DNA from: Mycolicibacterium smegmatis
GTDB taxonomy: Bacteria > Actinomycetota > Actinomycetes > Mycobacteriales > Mycobacteriaceae
NCBI RefSeq assembly: GCF_001457595.1
Contig: NZ_LN831039.1
Span: forward strand, 2,040,001 to 2,072,000
Direction of reading: 5' to 3'
DNA length: 32,000 bases
Positions 1-9,266 of this stretch are shown piece by piece. Numbering within the stretch: position 1 is the first letter of the stretch; every line of letters starts with the position of its first letter. The position numbers and the translations under genes are program-made. A model generated the notes under the pieces. The model was not told where the DNA came from. It saw nothing but the letters and a program-made list of their open reading frames with translations, and ran no database searches.

Positions 1-516
1 CATCCCGAACTTGGCCATCATGTACGCGGTCGGTGTGAGCCATTCGGACTCCAACCGGATCGGCGGGGACAAGGTCAGGATGTGCGGATTCTCGCGGCCT
101 TTCATGTGCGGGATACAGGCCTGCGACACCGCGTAGGTACCGCGGATCTGGATACCGTTCATCAGATCGAACCGCTTGAGCGGCACCTCCTCGATGGAGC
201 CGAGATTGATCGCCGATGCGTTGTTGACGCAGATGTCGATGCCACCGAACTGTTCGACGGCCTTGGTCACCGCCGCGGCCACCGAGTCGCCGTCACGCAC
301 GTCGCCCACGATGGGCAGGGCCTGGCCGCCGGCGTCCTCGATCTCTTCGGCGGCGGTGTAGATGGTGCCTTCAAGCTTGGGGTGCGGTTCGGCGGTCTTG
401 GCGATCAGCGCGATGTTGGCGCCGTCGGCGGCGGCCCGCTTGGCGATCGCCAGCCCGATACCGCGGCTCGCGCCCGAGATGAACATGGTCTTGCCGGACA
501 ACGGTGCCTGTGCCAT
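1..516 (-). CDS. Short-chain dehydrogenase/reductase (SDR), N-terminal 172 codons; C-terminus lies beyond the window start
   Basis: Not in the ORF track because it has no stop in the window. My reverse-complement translation from ATG (CAT at 514-516) gives MAQAPLSGKTMFISGASRGIGLAIAKRAAADGANIALIAKT...VNNASAI... This carries the SDR Rossmann motif (GxSxGIG) and the NNAS motif. It starts 10 nt downstream of the LysR stop on the same strand. Confidence 0.85.
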   Translation of the reverse strand, partial: MAQAPLSGKTMFISGASRGIGLAIAKRAAADGANIALIAKTAEPHPKLEGTIYTAAEEIEDAGGQALPIVGDVRDGDSVAAAVTKAVEQFGGIDICVNNASAINLGSIEEVPLKRFDLMNGIQIRGTYAVSQACIPHMKGRENPHILTLSPPIRLESEWLTPTAYMMAKFGM

Positions 517-526
517 GCGCACCACA

Positions 527-1441
527 CTAAGTGCCCGGGTGCGCCTGCGTCGGCGACTTCGGGCCCTCGGTCAGGGTGCGCAGCACCCGCAGGACGTTGG
601 TGATCAGCGGCGAGTCTCCCGTGTGGGCGGCGACCAGGTCTACGCCCAGATCGGTGGGCCGCAGCGGGACGTAGCGCACCCCGGCGATGTCGAGCGCCGT
701 CGTCGGATCGGGCACGATCGCGACACCCAGCCCGGCCGCCACCAGGGTCACCAGCGTCGAGGTCTCCGAGACCTCCTGCCGGATCCGGGGCAGAAACCCG
801 GCGTCGGCGCACACGGTGGCCACGAGGTTGCTCATGACCGACCGTCCGTGACCGGTGTGCACCACGAAGTCCTCGTCGCGCAGGTCGGCCACCGTGACGG
901 CGTCCCGGATGGCCAGCGCGTGGTCGGCGGGCAGCGCGACCACCAGGCCGTCGCGGCGCACGGTGTGGGTCAGCACGGCCTCCTGGCGCACGGGCGGCCG
1001 CAGCAGCGCCAGGTCGATACCACCGGACAGCAGGGCCTCGATCTGTGCGGGCGCGAGCATCTCACCGCGCACGGTCACCTCGATCCCGGGCAGGGATTCG
1101 CCGAGCGCCCGCACGAGTTGCGGCAGCAGCGAGTAGGTGGCCGATCCGACGCAGCCGATCGTGATCCGGCCCTGAATTCCCGAAGCGATCCGCTGGGCCT
1201 CGGTGTTCGCCGCGTCGACGGCGTCGAGGATCTCGACCGCCCGGCGCAGGTAGGTGTGTCCGGCCGGGGTCAGCTCGACGCTGCGGGTGGTGCGTGTGAG
1301 CAGCGTGCACCCGAGTTCGCGTTCGAGTTGGCGGATCTGCTGCGACAGCGGCGGCTGGGCCATGTGCAGCCGCTCGGCGGCACGCCCGAAATGCAGTTCC
1401 TCGCCGACTGCGCGGAAGTACCGCAGGTGCCGCAGCTCCAT
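527..1441 (-). CDS. LysR-type transcriptional regulator, divergent from the pcaF-D-I-J operon
   Basis: 304-aa ORF. The N-terminal wHTH 'MELRHLRYFRAVGEELHFGRAAERLHMAQPPLSQQIRQLERELG' is a textbook LTTR signature. The rest is a periplasmic-binding-protein-like effector domain. Confidence 0.9.
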   Translation of the reverse strand: MELRHLRYFRAVGEELHFGRAAERLHMAQPPLSQQIRQLERELGCTLLTRTTRSVELTPAGHTYLRRAVEILDAVDAANTEAQRIASGIQGRITIGCVGSATYSLLPQLVRALGESLPGIEVTVRGEMLAPAQIEALLSGGIDLALLRPPVRQEAVLTHTVRRDGLVVALPADHALAIRDAVTVADLRDEDFVVHTGHGRSVMSNLVATVCADAGFLPRIRQEVSETSTLVTLVAAGLGVAIVPDPTTALDIAGVRYVPLRPTDLGVDLVAAHTGDSPLITNVLRVLRTLTEGPKSPTQAHPGT

Positions 1442-1481
1442 AAATACTCCAGAGATATCAATAGGTATCTACTGAGTATTT
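1442..1481. promoter_or_regulatory. AT-rich nested dyad in the LysR/pcaF divergent intergenic region; candidate LTTR operator and promoters
   Basis: AAATACTC (1442-1449) and GAGTATTT (1474-1481) are perfect inverted repeats. The inner dyad is AGATA...TATCT. An ATAC-N7-ATAT element resembles the BenM/CatM-type ATAC-N7-GTAT box. The stretch is strikingly AT-rich for this genome. Confidence 0.4.
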
Positions 1482-1514
1482 CACAATATCTTCGCAGCTC
1501 TCTACCGTCGAAGC

Positions 1515-2747
1515 ATGGCTTCTGATTCGTCCGCATCCCAGGTGGTCATCTGCAATCCGCTCCGTACCCCGGTCGGGCGGATGGGCGGTGTGCTCGCCGC
1601 ACTGACCGCCGCCGACCTCGCGACGTCGACGCTGCGCGAACTCGCGACGCGGACCGGCCTCGGTGAAGGGGACATCGACGACGTCGTCCTCGGCCACGGC
1701 TACCCGAGCGGCGAGGCACCGGCCATCGGGCGCATCGCCGCGCTCGACGCCGGTCTCGGCACCGCTGTGCCCGGCCTGCAGCTCGACCGCCGCTGCGGAT
1801 CGGGTCTGCAGGCCGTGCTGTACGCCGCCGGGCAGGTCGCCACGGGAGCGGCCGGTGTGGTCGTGGCCGGCGGCGCCGAGTCGATGTCGAACGTCGAGCA
1901 CTACGCCCTCGGCCTGCGCACCGGTGTCCGCCAGGGCGGTGTGGCGCTGCACGACCGGCTCGACCGGGCACGTGAAACCGCAAGTGGCACAAGCCATCCC
2001 ATCGCCGGAGGCATGATCGAGACCGCCGAGAACCTGCGCCGCGAGTACGGCATCAGCCGCGCCGAACAGGACGAACTCGCCGTGCGGTCGCATCAGCGTG
2101 CGGTCGCCGCGCACGACGCGGGCCGCTTCGCCGACGAACTCGTCCCGGTCACGGTCCCCGGCAAGCGGGGCAGACCCGGCACCGTCGTCGACCGCGACGA
2201 GCATCCCCGCGCCGACATCGACGTCGAGACTTTGAGCGCGCTGCGGCCGATCCGAGGCAAGGTCGACGCCGAGGCCACCGTCACCGCAGGCAACGCCTCC
2301 GGGCAGAACGACGGTGCGGCCATGTGCGTCGTGACCACCCGCGAAGAAGCCGAAAAGCGCGGGCTCACACCCATGTTGGCGCTCAAGTCGTGGGCGGTCA
2401 CCGGGTGTGCGCCCGAGAAGATGGGCATCGGACCCGTCGCGGCCAGTGACGCGGCGTTGCAGCGCGCTGGAATCACCCTCGACGAGGTGGATCTCATCGA
2501 ACTCAACGAGGCATTCGCCGCCCAGGTGCTCGCTGTGCTCGCCGAATGGAAGGTCGACCCGCTCGACGAACGGCTCAACCCCAACGGATCCGGCATCTCG
2601 CTGGGCCACCCGATCGGTGCCACCGGTGCGCGGATCCTGGCGACCGCGGCCCACGAGGCGCTGCGGCGCGACGCCCGCTACGTGCTGGAGACCATGTGCA
2701 TCGGCGGCGGCCAGGGCCTCGCGGCGGTGTTCGAGGCCGTCCGATGA
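1515..2747 (+). CDS. pcaF: Acetyl-CoA C-acyltransferase / 3-oxoadipyl-CoA thiolase
   Basis: 410-aa ORF with thiolase motifs '[11 protein letters not shown]' (nucleophilic Cys), '[11 protein letters not shown]' and 'CIGGGQGLA'. The pcaF assignment rests on context: ATGA overlap with pcaD, then pcaIJ. Confidence 0.85.
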   Translation: MASDSSASQVVICNPLRTPVGRMGGVLAALTAADLATSTLRELATRTGLGEGDIDDVVLGHGYPSGEAPAIGRIAALDAGLGTAVPGLQLDRRCGSGLQAVLYAAGQVATGAAGVVVAGGAESMSNVEHYALGLRTGVRQGGVALHDRLDRARETASGTSHPIAGGMIETAENLRREYGISRAEQDELAVRSHQRAVAAHDAGRFADELVPVTVPGKRGRPGTVVDRDEHPRADIDVETLSALRPIRGKVDAEATVTAGNASGQNDGAAMCVVTTREEAEKRGLTPMLALKSWAVTGCAPEKMGIGPVAASDAALQRAGITLDEVDLIELNEAFAAQVLAVLAEWKVDPLDERLNPNGSGISLGHPIGATGARILATAAHEALRRDARYVLETMCIGGGQGLAAVFEAVR

Positions 2748-3520
2748 GCAGCGTTGCGGTGCACCACGTCGTCACCGGCCGATCCGACGGCCCCGCGGTG
2801 GTGTTCTCCAACTCGCTCGGTTCGACGCACCGCATGTGGGACCCACAACTCGCGGCGTTCGAGGAGCGGTTCCGCGTCGTGCGCTACGACACCCGCGGGC
2901 ACGGGCAGTCCCCGGTCCCCGAAGGTCCTTACACCATCGACGATCTCGCCGACGACGTCGTCGCACTTCTGGACACCCTCGGAATCGAGCGCGCCCACGT
3001 GGTCGGTCTGTCGCTGGGCGGCATGACCGCCATGCGGCTGTCCGCGCGCAATCCTCAGCGGGTCGACCGGATCGCGCTGCTGTGCACCGCGACACACCTG
3101 CCGCCGAGTTCGGCATGGACCGAACGGGCCGCGGCGGTGCGCACACACGGCAGCGCCGCCGTCGCCGAATCCGTTGTGGGGCGCTGGTTCACACCCGGGT
3201 TCCTGGCCGCGGATCCCGGCCGGAAGGCCGCCTACCAGCAGATGATCGCCGCGACACCGGCCGAAGGGTACGCGGGGTGTTGCGAGGCCATCGCGGCGCT
3301 CGACCTGCGCGCCGACCTCGCCCGGATCACCGCGCCGACACTGGCCATCGCCGGAACCGACGATCCCGCAACACCTCCCGACCGACTGGCCGAGATCACC
3401 GCCGCAGTACGCGGAGCCCGGCTGGTGCAGGTCACACCGGGCGCGCACCTGGCCAACGTCGAACAGGCCGACGCCATCACCCCAACCCTTCTCGAACATC
3501 TCGGAACGGAGCAGTCATGA
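2744..3520 (+). CDS. pcaD: 3-oxoadipate enol-lactonase (alpha/beta hydrolase)
   Basis: I place the start at ATG 2744, overlapping the thiolase stop (ATGA); the track ORF from 2546 is an upstream extension. [27 protein letters not shown]...VVGLSLGGM (GxSxG nucleophile elbow)...[10 protein letters not shown]. There is no fused PcaC (decarboxylase) domain. Confidence 0.85.
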   Translation: MSSVAVHHVVTGRSDGPAVVFSNSLGSTHRMWDPQLAAFEERFRVVRYDTRGHGQSPVPEGPYTIDDLADDVVALLDTLGIERAHVVGLSLGGMTAMRLSARNPQRVDRIALLCTATHLPPSSAWTERAAAVRTHGSAAVAESVVGRWFTPGFLAADPGRKAAYQQMIAATPAEGYAGCCEAIAALDLRADLARITAPTLAIAGTDDPATPPDRLAEITAAVRGARLVQVTPGAHLANVEQADAITPTLLEHLGTEQS

Positions 3521-4314
3521 CCATCGACAAGGTCGTCGGCTCGGCCGCCGAAGCCGTCGCCGACGTTCCCCGCGGTGCCGCCATCGCCGTCGGCGGATTC
3601 GGATTGGCAGGCATCCCATGGTTTCTCATCGAGGCGCTGCTTGAGCAGGGTGCCGACGACCTGACGATCGTCTCCAACAACTGCGGGGTCGACGGCGCGG
3701 GTCTGGGCCTGCTGCTCGAAGCGGGCCGCATCAGCCGCGTCATCGCGTCGTACGTGGGGGAGAACAAGGAGTTCGCCAGGCAGTACCTGGCCGGTGAACT
3801 CACCGTCGAGTTGACGCCGCAAGGCACACTGGCCGAGCGGATGCGCGCAGGCGGCAGCGGAATCGGTGCGTTCTTCACCCCGACCGGGGTGGGGACACTG
3901 GTCGCCGAAGGCGGGCTCCCGTGGCGCTACCACCCGGACGGCACCGTGGCGCTGGCGTCACCGGCCAAGGAGGTCCGCACCTTCAACGGCAAGGACATGG
4001 TGCTCGAGGAGTCGATCGTCACCGACTTCGCGCTCGTGCGTGCCGCGGTCGTCGACAGGGCAGGCAACTGCAAGTTCCACGCCGCCGCACGCAATTTCAA
4101 CCCGCCCGCGGCCATGGCGGGCCGGATCACGGTGGCCGAGGCCGAGAAGGTCGTCGAGGTCGGTGAACTGCACCCCGATGAGATCCACCTGCCCGGCATC
4201 TTCGTGCAGCGCGTCGTCGCGCTCACCCCGGAACAGGCCGCGCACAAGGACATCGAGAAACGCACCACCCGGCCGCGGCCGGTCACCGAGGAGCCCGAGG
4301 AGATGACCCGATGA
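3517..4314 (+). CDS. pcaI: 3-oxoadipate:succinyl-CoA transferase subunit A
   Basis: ATG 3517 overlaps the pcaD stop (ATGA). '[41 protein letters not shown]...SNNCG...SYVGENKEF...[27 protein letters not shown]' is the class I CoA-transferase A-subunit pattern. The track ORF from 2407 is a spurious extension. Confidence 0.9.
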   Translation: MTIDKVVGSAAEAVADVPRGAAIAVGGFGLAGIPWFLIEALLEQGADDLTIVSNNCGVDGAGLGLLLEAGRISRVIASYVGENKEFARQYLAGELTVELTPQGTLAERMRAGGSGIGAFFTPTGVGTLVAEGGLPWRYHPDGTVALASPAKEVRTFNGKDMVLEESIVTDFALVRAAVVDRAGNCKFHAAARNFNPPAAMAGRITVAEAEKVVEVGELHPDEIHLPGIFVQRVVALTPEQAAHKDIEKRTTRPRPVTEEPEEMTR

Positions 4315-4961
4315 GCTGGAACCGTGACGACATGGCGGCCCGTGCCGCCACCGAACTGCACGACGGCGACTACGTCAACCTCGGCATCGGCCTGCCCACG
4401 CTGATCCCGGACCACCTGCCCGCGGGCTCGCAGGTCACGCTGCACTCGGAGAACGGCATCCTCGGTGTCGGTCCGTTCCCGTACGACGACGAGGTGGACC
4501 CTGATCTGGTCAACGCGGGCAAGCAGACGGTGTCGGTGGTGGCCGGCGCCTCGTACTTCGACTCGGCGACGAGTTTCGCGATGATCCGCGGCGGCCACGT
4601 CGACGTCGCGGTGCTGGGCGGCATGCAGGTCGCGGCCAACGGTGACCTGGCCAACTGGATGGTGCCGGGCTCGATGGTCAAGGGCATGGGCGGCGCGATG
4701 GATCTGGTCAGCGGCGCCCGCCGCGTGATCGTGCTGATGGATCACGTCGCGAAATCCGGTGCGGCCAAGCTGGTCTCGTCATGCACGTTGCCGCTGACCG
4801 GGAAAGCCGTCGTGAGCCGGGTGATCACCGATCTCGGGGTCTTCGACGTCACCGGAGACGGCTTCCGGGTGGTCGAACTCGCGCCGGGCGTGGAGTTCGA
4901 CCACGTGGCCGCCAACACGGATGCGACGCTGGTCGACGGTCGCGTGGGCAGCCTGGTCTGA
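4311..4961 (+). CDS. pcaJ: 3-oxoadipate:succinyl-CoA transferase subunit B
   Basis: 216 aa, ATGA overlap with pcaI. '[10 protein letters not shown]...LHSENGILG' contains the class I CoA-transferase active-site SENG Glu motif. Confidence 0.9.
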   Translation: MSWNRDDMAARAATELHDGDYVNLGIGLPTLIPDHLPAGSQVTLHSENGILGVGPFPYDDEVDPDLVNAGKQTVSVVAGASYFDSATSFAMIRGGHVDVAVLGGMQVAANGDLANWMVPGSMVKGMGGAMDLVSGARRVIVLMDHVAKSGAAKLVSSCTLPLTGKAVVSRVITDLGVFDVTGDGFRVVELAPGVEFDHVAANTDATLVDGRVGSLV

Positions 4962-4965
4962 CGGA

Positions 4966-5550
4966 TCAGCCTGCGGCGTCGGGCAGCAGCGGCGGGCAGT
5001 TGCCGAGCGGATCGGCGACCAGTTCGAAGTGCCAGGATTCGTTGGCGTAGATCTGGCACAGGCCGAAGCGCGGTCCGTTGGTGATCAGCCACTGATCGGC
5101 GCCCGTGCCGCCGATGTCGACGGCCTCACCGGTGACGTGACGCGACGCCGTGGGGGTCTGCACGTACTCGCGTGCGGCGGCCAGGCTGCCGTAGGTCTGA
5201 ACCGCGTTGTCGAGCAGGGTCTGCTGGAACGTGGGCGAGCGCCAGCCCGAGGTGACCGTCATGGTGATGCCTTCGGCAGCGGCGGCGTTCGCGGCGTTCT
5301 GCACGGCCGCCAGCAGCCGCGGATCGAGCTTGGCGATCGCCGGTTGCTGCAGGTCGAACGGCGAGAACGCCTGACCGTCGGCCAGCGAACCGTCACTGGA
5401 CGTCAGCGCCTCGGTGTTGTCGACGAGCGCGATCTGTGGGCTCGACGCAGGCGCGGTGAGCGCACCGGTGAGCACCGCCGAAGCGGTGACCAGGCCACCG
5501 AAGAGCCCCGCACCGATCCCCATGATCCTCCCCATCACGGAGTTCACCAT
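4966..5550 (-). CDS. Secreted VanY/M15-family D-alanyl-D-alanine carboxypeptidase-like peptidase
   Basis: Zn-peptidase M15 motifs 'SRHVTGEAVDIG' (SxHxxGxAxD) and 'NESWHFEL' (ExxH). Hydrophobic signal-like N-terminus MVNSVMGRIMGIGAGLFGGLVTASAVLTGALTAPA. I prefer the start at 5550 (M19 of the track ORF) because the 5604 start would overlap the LuxR C-terminus; 5535 and 5523 are also possible. Confidence 0.75.
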   Translation of the reverse strand: MVNSVMGRIMGIGAGLFGGLVTASAVLTGALTAPASSPQIALVDNTEALTSSDGSLADGQAFSPFDLQQPAIAKLDPRLLAAVQNAANAAAAEGITMTVTSGWRSPTFQQTLLDNAVQTYGSLAAAREYVQTPTASRHVTGEAVDIGGTGADQWLITNGPRFGLCQIYANESWHFELVADPLGNCPPLLPDAAG

Positions 5551-5563
5551 ACCGATCGGCGGG

Positions 5564-8281
5564 TCATCGCCGCAGCGCAGCCAACTCGGCGCGCGAACGG
5601 ACACCGAGCTTCGCGTACACCCGCGTCAGGTGGTACTGGACCGTCTTGGGGGATACGTACAGCTCGGCGGCAACCTCGCGGTTGGACAATCCCTGCGCGA
5701 CGAGGGCGGTGACGGCGTCCTCCTGCGGGGTCAACTCGACGCTGTCGCGTGATCCCCGCAGCTGGTGCAAACCGCCGGCCTTGAGTTCGCGGTCACAGCG
5801 TGCGACGTACGTGTGGGCCCCGAGCGACAGGTACAGATCACGGGCCGTGGCGATCACGGCGTCGGCGTCGCGCCGTTTACCGGCGCGTCGCAGCGTCTGT
5901 CCGTAGGCGAAATTGACCCGGGCCCGGTCATAGCGCAGCGGCAGACCGTCGAGCAGCGCCAGCGACTCCTCGAACCGGGCACGCGCTGCGGACAGTTCGC
6001 CCCGTGCGCCGAGCAGTCGCCCGCGCGCGTAGCCCAGCCGGGCCATCGCCGAGCGGTGACCGCGTTCACGCGCCACCTCCTCGTGGGGACGCAGGAATTC
6101 GTCGGCCTCGTCCAGAGCGCCGTCGATCACCAGCGCGTTGGCCAGCACGTCGGGCCACGGCCAGTAACCCGGTTCGGTGAGCACGGTGCCCGGCGCCCTG
6201 GCGGCCAGGGCCGCAAGTGGTTCCAGCACGCGGCGCACCTTCGGGTAGTCCGCCTCGGCCTCGGCGACCTGCGCGCGGGCGAGGATCGTCGGGATCCGCA
6301 TCATCTCGTAGTCCTGGGTGACCCGGTCGGCCGCCTGCACCGCCGCGTGCGCGGTTTCCCAGTCACCGCGCAGCGCACTGATCTGCGCCGCAATCCATTC
6401 CAGCAACGGTGTGGTGATGGTGATCCCGCTGGAGGCGGCGAGATCGCGTCCCGACACGACGGTGGCCAACGCGGCGTCCCAGTCGCCACTGACGAAGTGC
6501 GCGCGTGCGAGCCACGCCATGGCCCACAGCGTGATCCGGCTCGATCCGCCCAGATTGGCCGTGGCGATGGCACTTTCGAGGTTGCTGCGTGCGCCGTCGA
6601 CGTCATCGCGGATCAGTTGCAGCCAGCCGCGCCCCAGGGTCACGCGTTGGGCCTGCGCACCGTGGGTGATCCGTTCTGCCAGTTCGTCGTACGCGGCGGT
6701 CGCCTGCTCCGCGCGGCCCGCGGCGGCCAGGCCGAGCCCGCGCACCGCGGCCGACTCGACCGCGGTGGGGGATTCGCGGTCGGCGAGGCGCAGTGCGGTA
6801 TCGGCCCAGCGGACCAGTTCGGTGCCGCGGCCACGCACCAGTGAGTGCAGCACGTAGCGTTGCGCGATCAGCGCCGCGGTTTCGGGATCGCGTTCGGCGT
6901 TGACGATGTCCCAGGCCCGGCGCAGCCGCACCTCGGCCTCGGTGGCCCGGCCGCGCAGGATCGCCAGGTACGCGAGAACCGCGTTGCGCAAAGGTGTCTC
7001 ACGCAGACTCTCGACAACCGGGATCAGCTGCGCGGCGGCGCCGCAGTCACCGGCGGCCACGAGCGCGTCGACCGAACGGGTGAGCCGTTCGTCGCGCAGC
7101 AGCGGATCCGACGTCAGCCTGCTCGCATCGTGGAACAACGTCGCGGCCAGTGCCCACGCGCCGTCGGCACCGCTGGCCCGCGCGAGGGCGTCGACCTCAC
7201 CGGCCAGCGCCTCGTCGGGCGCCGCCGCGGCCGCGACACGATGGCGAAGCCGGCGCCGCGGATCGGTGATCACCTCGGCCGCGCGCCGGTGCGCCTCGGC
7301 AGTCGCGCGGGCCCCCAGCAGAGTCAGCACAGCAGGCCCGGTCAGCCCGTCGGTCAGCCGGGGCTCGAAATGCACCACATGCGTGACCAGTCCGGCGTCC
7401 ACGGCTTCGTCGAGCGCCGCGAGTGGTTCGCTCGGTCCGCTCAGCCCGGCCAGGTCCGCGGCCTCGGCAAGCGTGACGGTGTCGGTGGCGTCCGTGGCAT
7501 CGCCACCGCCGGTGGCGCCGAGCACCGCGAGCGCCTGCACCAGTGCACGGCCCGCAGGCCCGCAGGAGTCGAGTTGTGTCGCGACACGTTCGACGACGTG
7601 GCGCGGTGCGGGCAGCGACGAGTCGAGCCGTGCCCACGCCGAGGCGGGCACCTCGTCGAACAACGCCAGCACGTCGCGCGGATTGCCGCCGGCGTGACGG
7701 GTCAGGCGGTCGGCCAGGGTCGGGTGGATGGTGATGCCCCGCAGGCGCGCCAACTCCACCACGGCGGCCACCGGGAGACCGGTCAACTCGACCACGTCGT
7801 CGGCCGCGAGCGGGATCGGCAGCGCATCCACCGACTGCGTCGCGAGCACCACCAGCACCGGCAGGTCGCGCTGATGCCGCACGAGTGTCGAAAGTGCCTG
7901 CAGAGACTCGACATCGGCGTGATGCGCGTCGTCGACGAGCAGCAGGCGCACACCCGCCGCGCGCACGTGGTCGACCAGATGCGCAGCGCCGTCGAGCGGG
8001 TCGTCGGGCACGTCGTCCTGCATCAGCTGCGCCAGCACACCGCCGGGCAGGTCGGTCTCCCACGAAGCGCCGAGTGCCCACCACGCACCGTGCCGCTGCG
8101 TCAGGTCGCGCAGCAGGGCGGTCTTGCCGATACCGGGTTCGCCGGTCAGCACCACCAGACGGGCGGTGTGTTCGGCCGCGGCGACGTGCTCACCGAGTTC
8201 GCTGAGTTCACGATCTCGTCCGCACAGCACGCGCCAATTATGCGCCGCCGGCCGGACGCGCCACGGCGCGTTCGAGCTCAT
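5564..8281 (-). CDS. Large ATP-binding LuxR-family (LAL / MalT-like) transcriptional regulator
   Basis: 905 aa. Has an N-terminal P-loop 'GEPGIGKT', Walker-B-like 'LLLVDDAHHAD', a long Ala/Leu-rich helical-repeat (TPR-like) middle, and a C-terminal LuxR HTH 'LSNREVAAELYVSPKTVQYHLTRVYAKLGV'. ATG 8281 overlaps the upstream LysR by 44 nt. An in-frame GTG at 8230 would remove the overlap. Confidence 0.85.
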   Translation of the reverse strand: MSSNAPWRVRPAAHNWRVLCGRDRELSELGEHVAAAEHTARLVVLTGEPGIGKTALLRDLTQRHGAWWALGASWETDLPGGVLAQLMQDDVPDDPLDGAAHLVDHVRAAGVRLLLVDDAHHADVESLQALSTLVRHQRDLPVLVVLATQSVDALPIPLAADDVVELTGLPVAAVVELARLRGITIHPTLADRLTRHAGGNPRDVLALFDEVPASAWARLDSSLPAPRHVVERVATQLDSCGPAGRALVQALAVLGATGGGDATDATDTVTLAEAADLAGLSGPSEPLAALDEAVDAGLVTHVVHFEPRLTDGLTGPAVLTLLGARATAEAHRRAAEVITDPRRRLRHRVAAAAAPDEALAGEVDALARASGADGAWALAATLFHDASRLTSDPLLRDERLTRSVDALVAAGDCGAAAQLIPVVESLRETPLRNAVLAYLAILRGRATEAEVRLRRAWDIVNAERDPETAALIAQRYVLHSLVRGRGTELVRWADTALRLADRESPTAVESAAVRGLGLAAAGRAEQATAAYDELAERITHGAQAQRVTLGRGWLQLIRDDVDGARSNLESAIATANLGGSSRITLWAMAWLARAHFVSGDWDAALATVVSGRDLAASSGITITTPLLEWIAAQISALRGDWETAHAAVQAADRVTQDYEMMRIPTILARAQVAEAEADYPKVRRVLEPLAALAARAPGTVLTEPGYWPWPDVLANALVIDGALDEADEFLRPHEEVARERGHRSAMARLGYARGRLLGARGELSAARARFEESLALLDGLPLRYDRARVNFAYGQTLRRAGKRRDADAVIATARDLYLSLGAHTYVARCDRELKAGGLHQLRGSRDSVELTPQEDAVTALVAQGLSNREVAAELYVSPKTVQYHLTRVYAKLGVRSRAELAALRR

Positions 8282-9191
8282 CGACCAGCGCCTCGATCTC
8301 CGCCGGGCGCAGGACGCGCTCGGAACGCCGGTCCGACAACCGGTCCGGCGCCCACGCCAGCGCGATCTGCGCAGGCGCCCAGGTCGCCTCGTCGATGGGG
8401 ATCAGCTTGAACTCCGGAGGCGAGAAGATCCGGCCGATCATCGATTCCGGTGCGTAGGTGACCATTGCGACCAGGTGCCGGTTGAACACCTGGGTCGCCA
8501 TCTCCAGCTCGCCGCCGAGCTGGTTGATGGCGCGCACGATCTTCGTGACGCCCTTGGCGTTGAGACCGCGCGTGAGGCCCGCGAGCACCACCGGGTTGGG
8601 CCGCGCGAAATCGATCACGACCTCGCGGTCGCGCAGTTCCTCGATCGCGACGACGTCCTTGGCGGCCAGCGGATCGTCGAACCGCACCGCGATCGCGCCC
8701 TGATACCGGGCCACCACCCGGTGGCGCAGCCGCTTGTCCGCCGACGGCAGATGGATCAGCCCGATGTCGAGGTGTCCCGACACCAGCTTGGCGGTGACCT
8801 CGGCGGCCGACCCGGGGACGCTGAACTGCGTCGGCGCCGCCAGGCCCGCGACCGCCTTCTCCAGCCGCGCCAGGAAATCCGACGGTGCGTACGCCGTGGC
8901 GCCGACCCGTACCGGCGCCACCCCCTGGGTGATGCGCGACGCGGTCGCCTTCAGGTCCTCGACGCGGGCCAGGATGTCGCGTGCGGGCCCCAGCAGCTTC
9001 TCGCCGAGCGGGGTCAGGCGCACCTCGTGGTAGTTGCGCTCGAACAGCTGACCGCCGAGTTCCTTCTCCAGCAGCTTGATCTGCTTGGACAGCGGCGGAG
9101 GCGTGATCATCAGCCGGTCGGCCGCACGTTTGAAGTGCAGCTCTTCGGCGACCGCGACGAAATACCTGAGTCGGGTGAAGTCGATCTCCAT
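8238..9191 (-). CDS. LysR-type transcriptional regulator
   Basis: 317 aa with the LTTR wHTH 'MEIDFTRLRYFVAVAEELHFKRAADRLMITPPPLSKQIKLLEKELG'. Confidence 0.9.
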   Translation of the reverse strand: MEIDFTRLRYFVAVAEELHFKRAADRLMITPPPLSKQIKLLEKELGGQLFERNYHEVRLTPLGEKLLGPARDILARVEDLKATASRITQGVAPVRVGATAYAPSDFLARLEKAVAGLAAPTQFSVPGSAAEVTAKLVSGHLDIGLIHLPSADKRLRHRVVARYQGAIAVRFDDPLAAKDVVAIEELRDREVVIDFARPNPVVLAGLTRGLNAKGVTKIVRAINQLGGELEMATQVFNRHLVAMVTYAPESMIGRIFSPPEFKLIPIDEATWAPAQIALAWAPDRLSDRRSERVLRPAEIEALVDELERAVARPAGGA

Positions 9192-9266
9192 GCGGTCAGT
9201 TCCGGCGATTCGAGGTGGATGTGATCCCCGAATCGTACGAGACGTCCCCGGAGACGCCGGAGCACC

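Noticed and set aside
362-1525. 387-aa + strand ORF. Similar long ORFs: 1458-2654 (-), 6845-8410 (+), 9273-11090 (+), 15026-17461 (+), 24257-25909 (-), 29430-30857 (+), 12747-13739 (+).
   Set aside because: All lie antisense to or out of frame with genes that carry clear family motifs. Their translations are Arg/Gly/Pro/His-rich with no recognisable domains. This is typical of stop-poor shadow frames in high-G+C DNA.
2407-3516. Long N-terminal extension of the pcaI ORF. The same applies to 2546-2743 for pcaD, 12866-13267 for the ACAD, 26813-28129 for aroQ, 29431-30144 for the GNAT and 30924-31184 for ParA.
   Set aside because: The extensions are Arg/Pro-rich and overlap well-supported genes in other frames. 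Homologous families begin at the internal starts, which also give ATGA/GTGA coupling or the expected protein lengths.
5551-5604. Upstream ATG (5604) for the VanY-like peptidase.
   Set aside because: It would overlap the LuxR HTH-coding 3' end by 41 nt. The internal Met at 5550 begins a plausible signal peptide.
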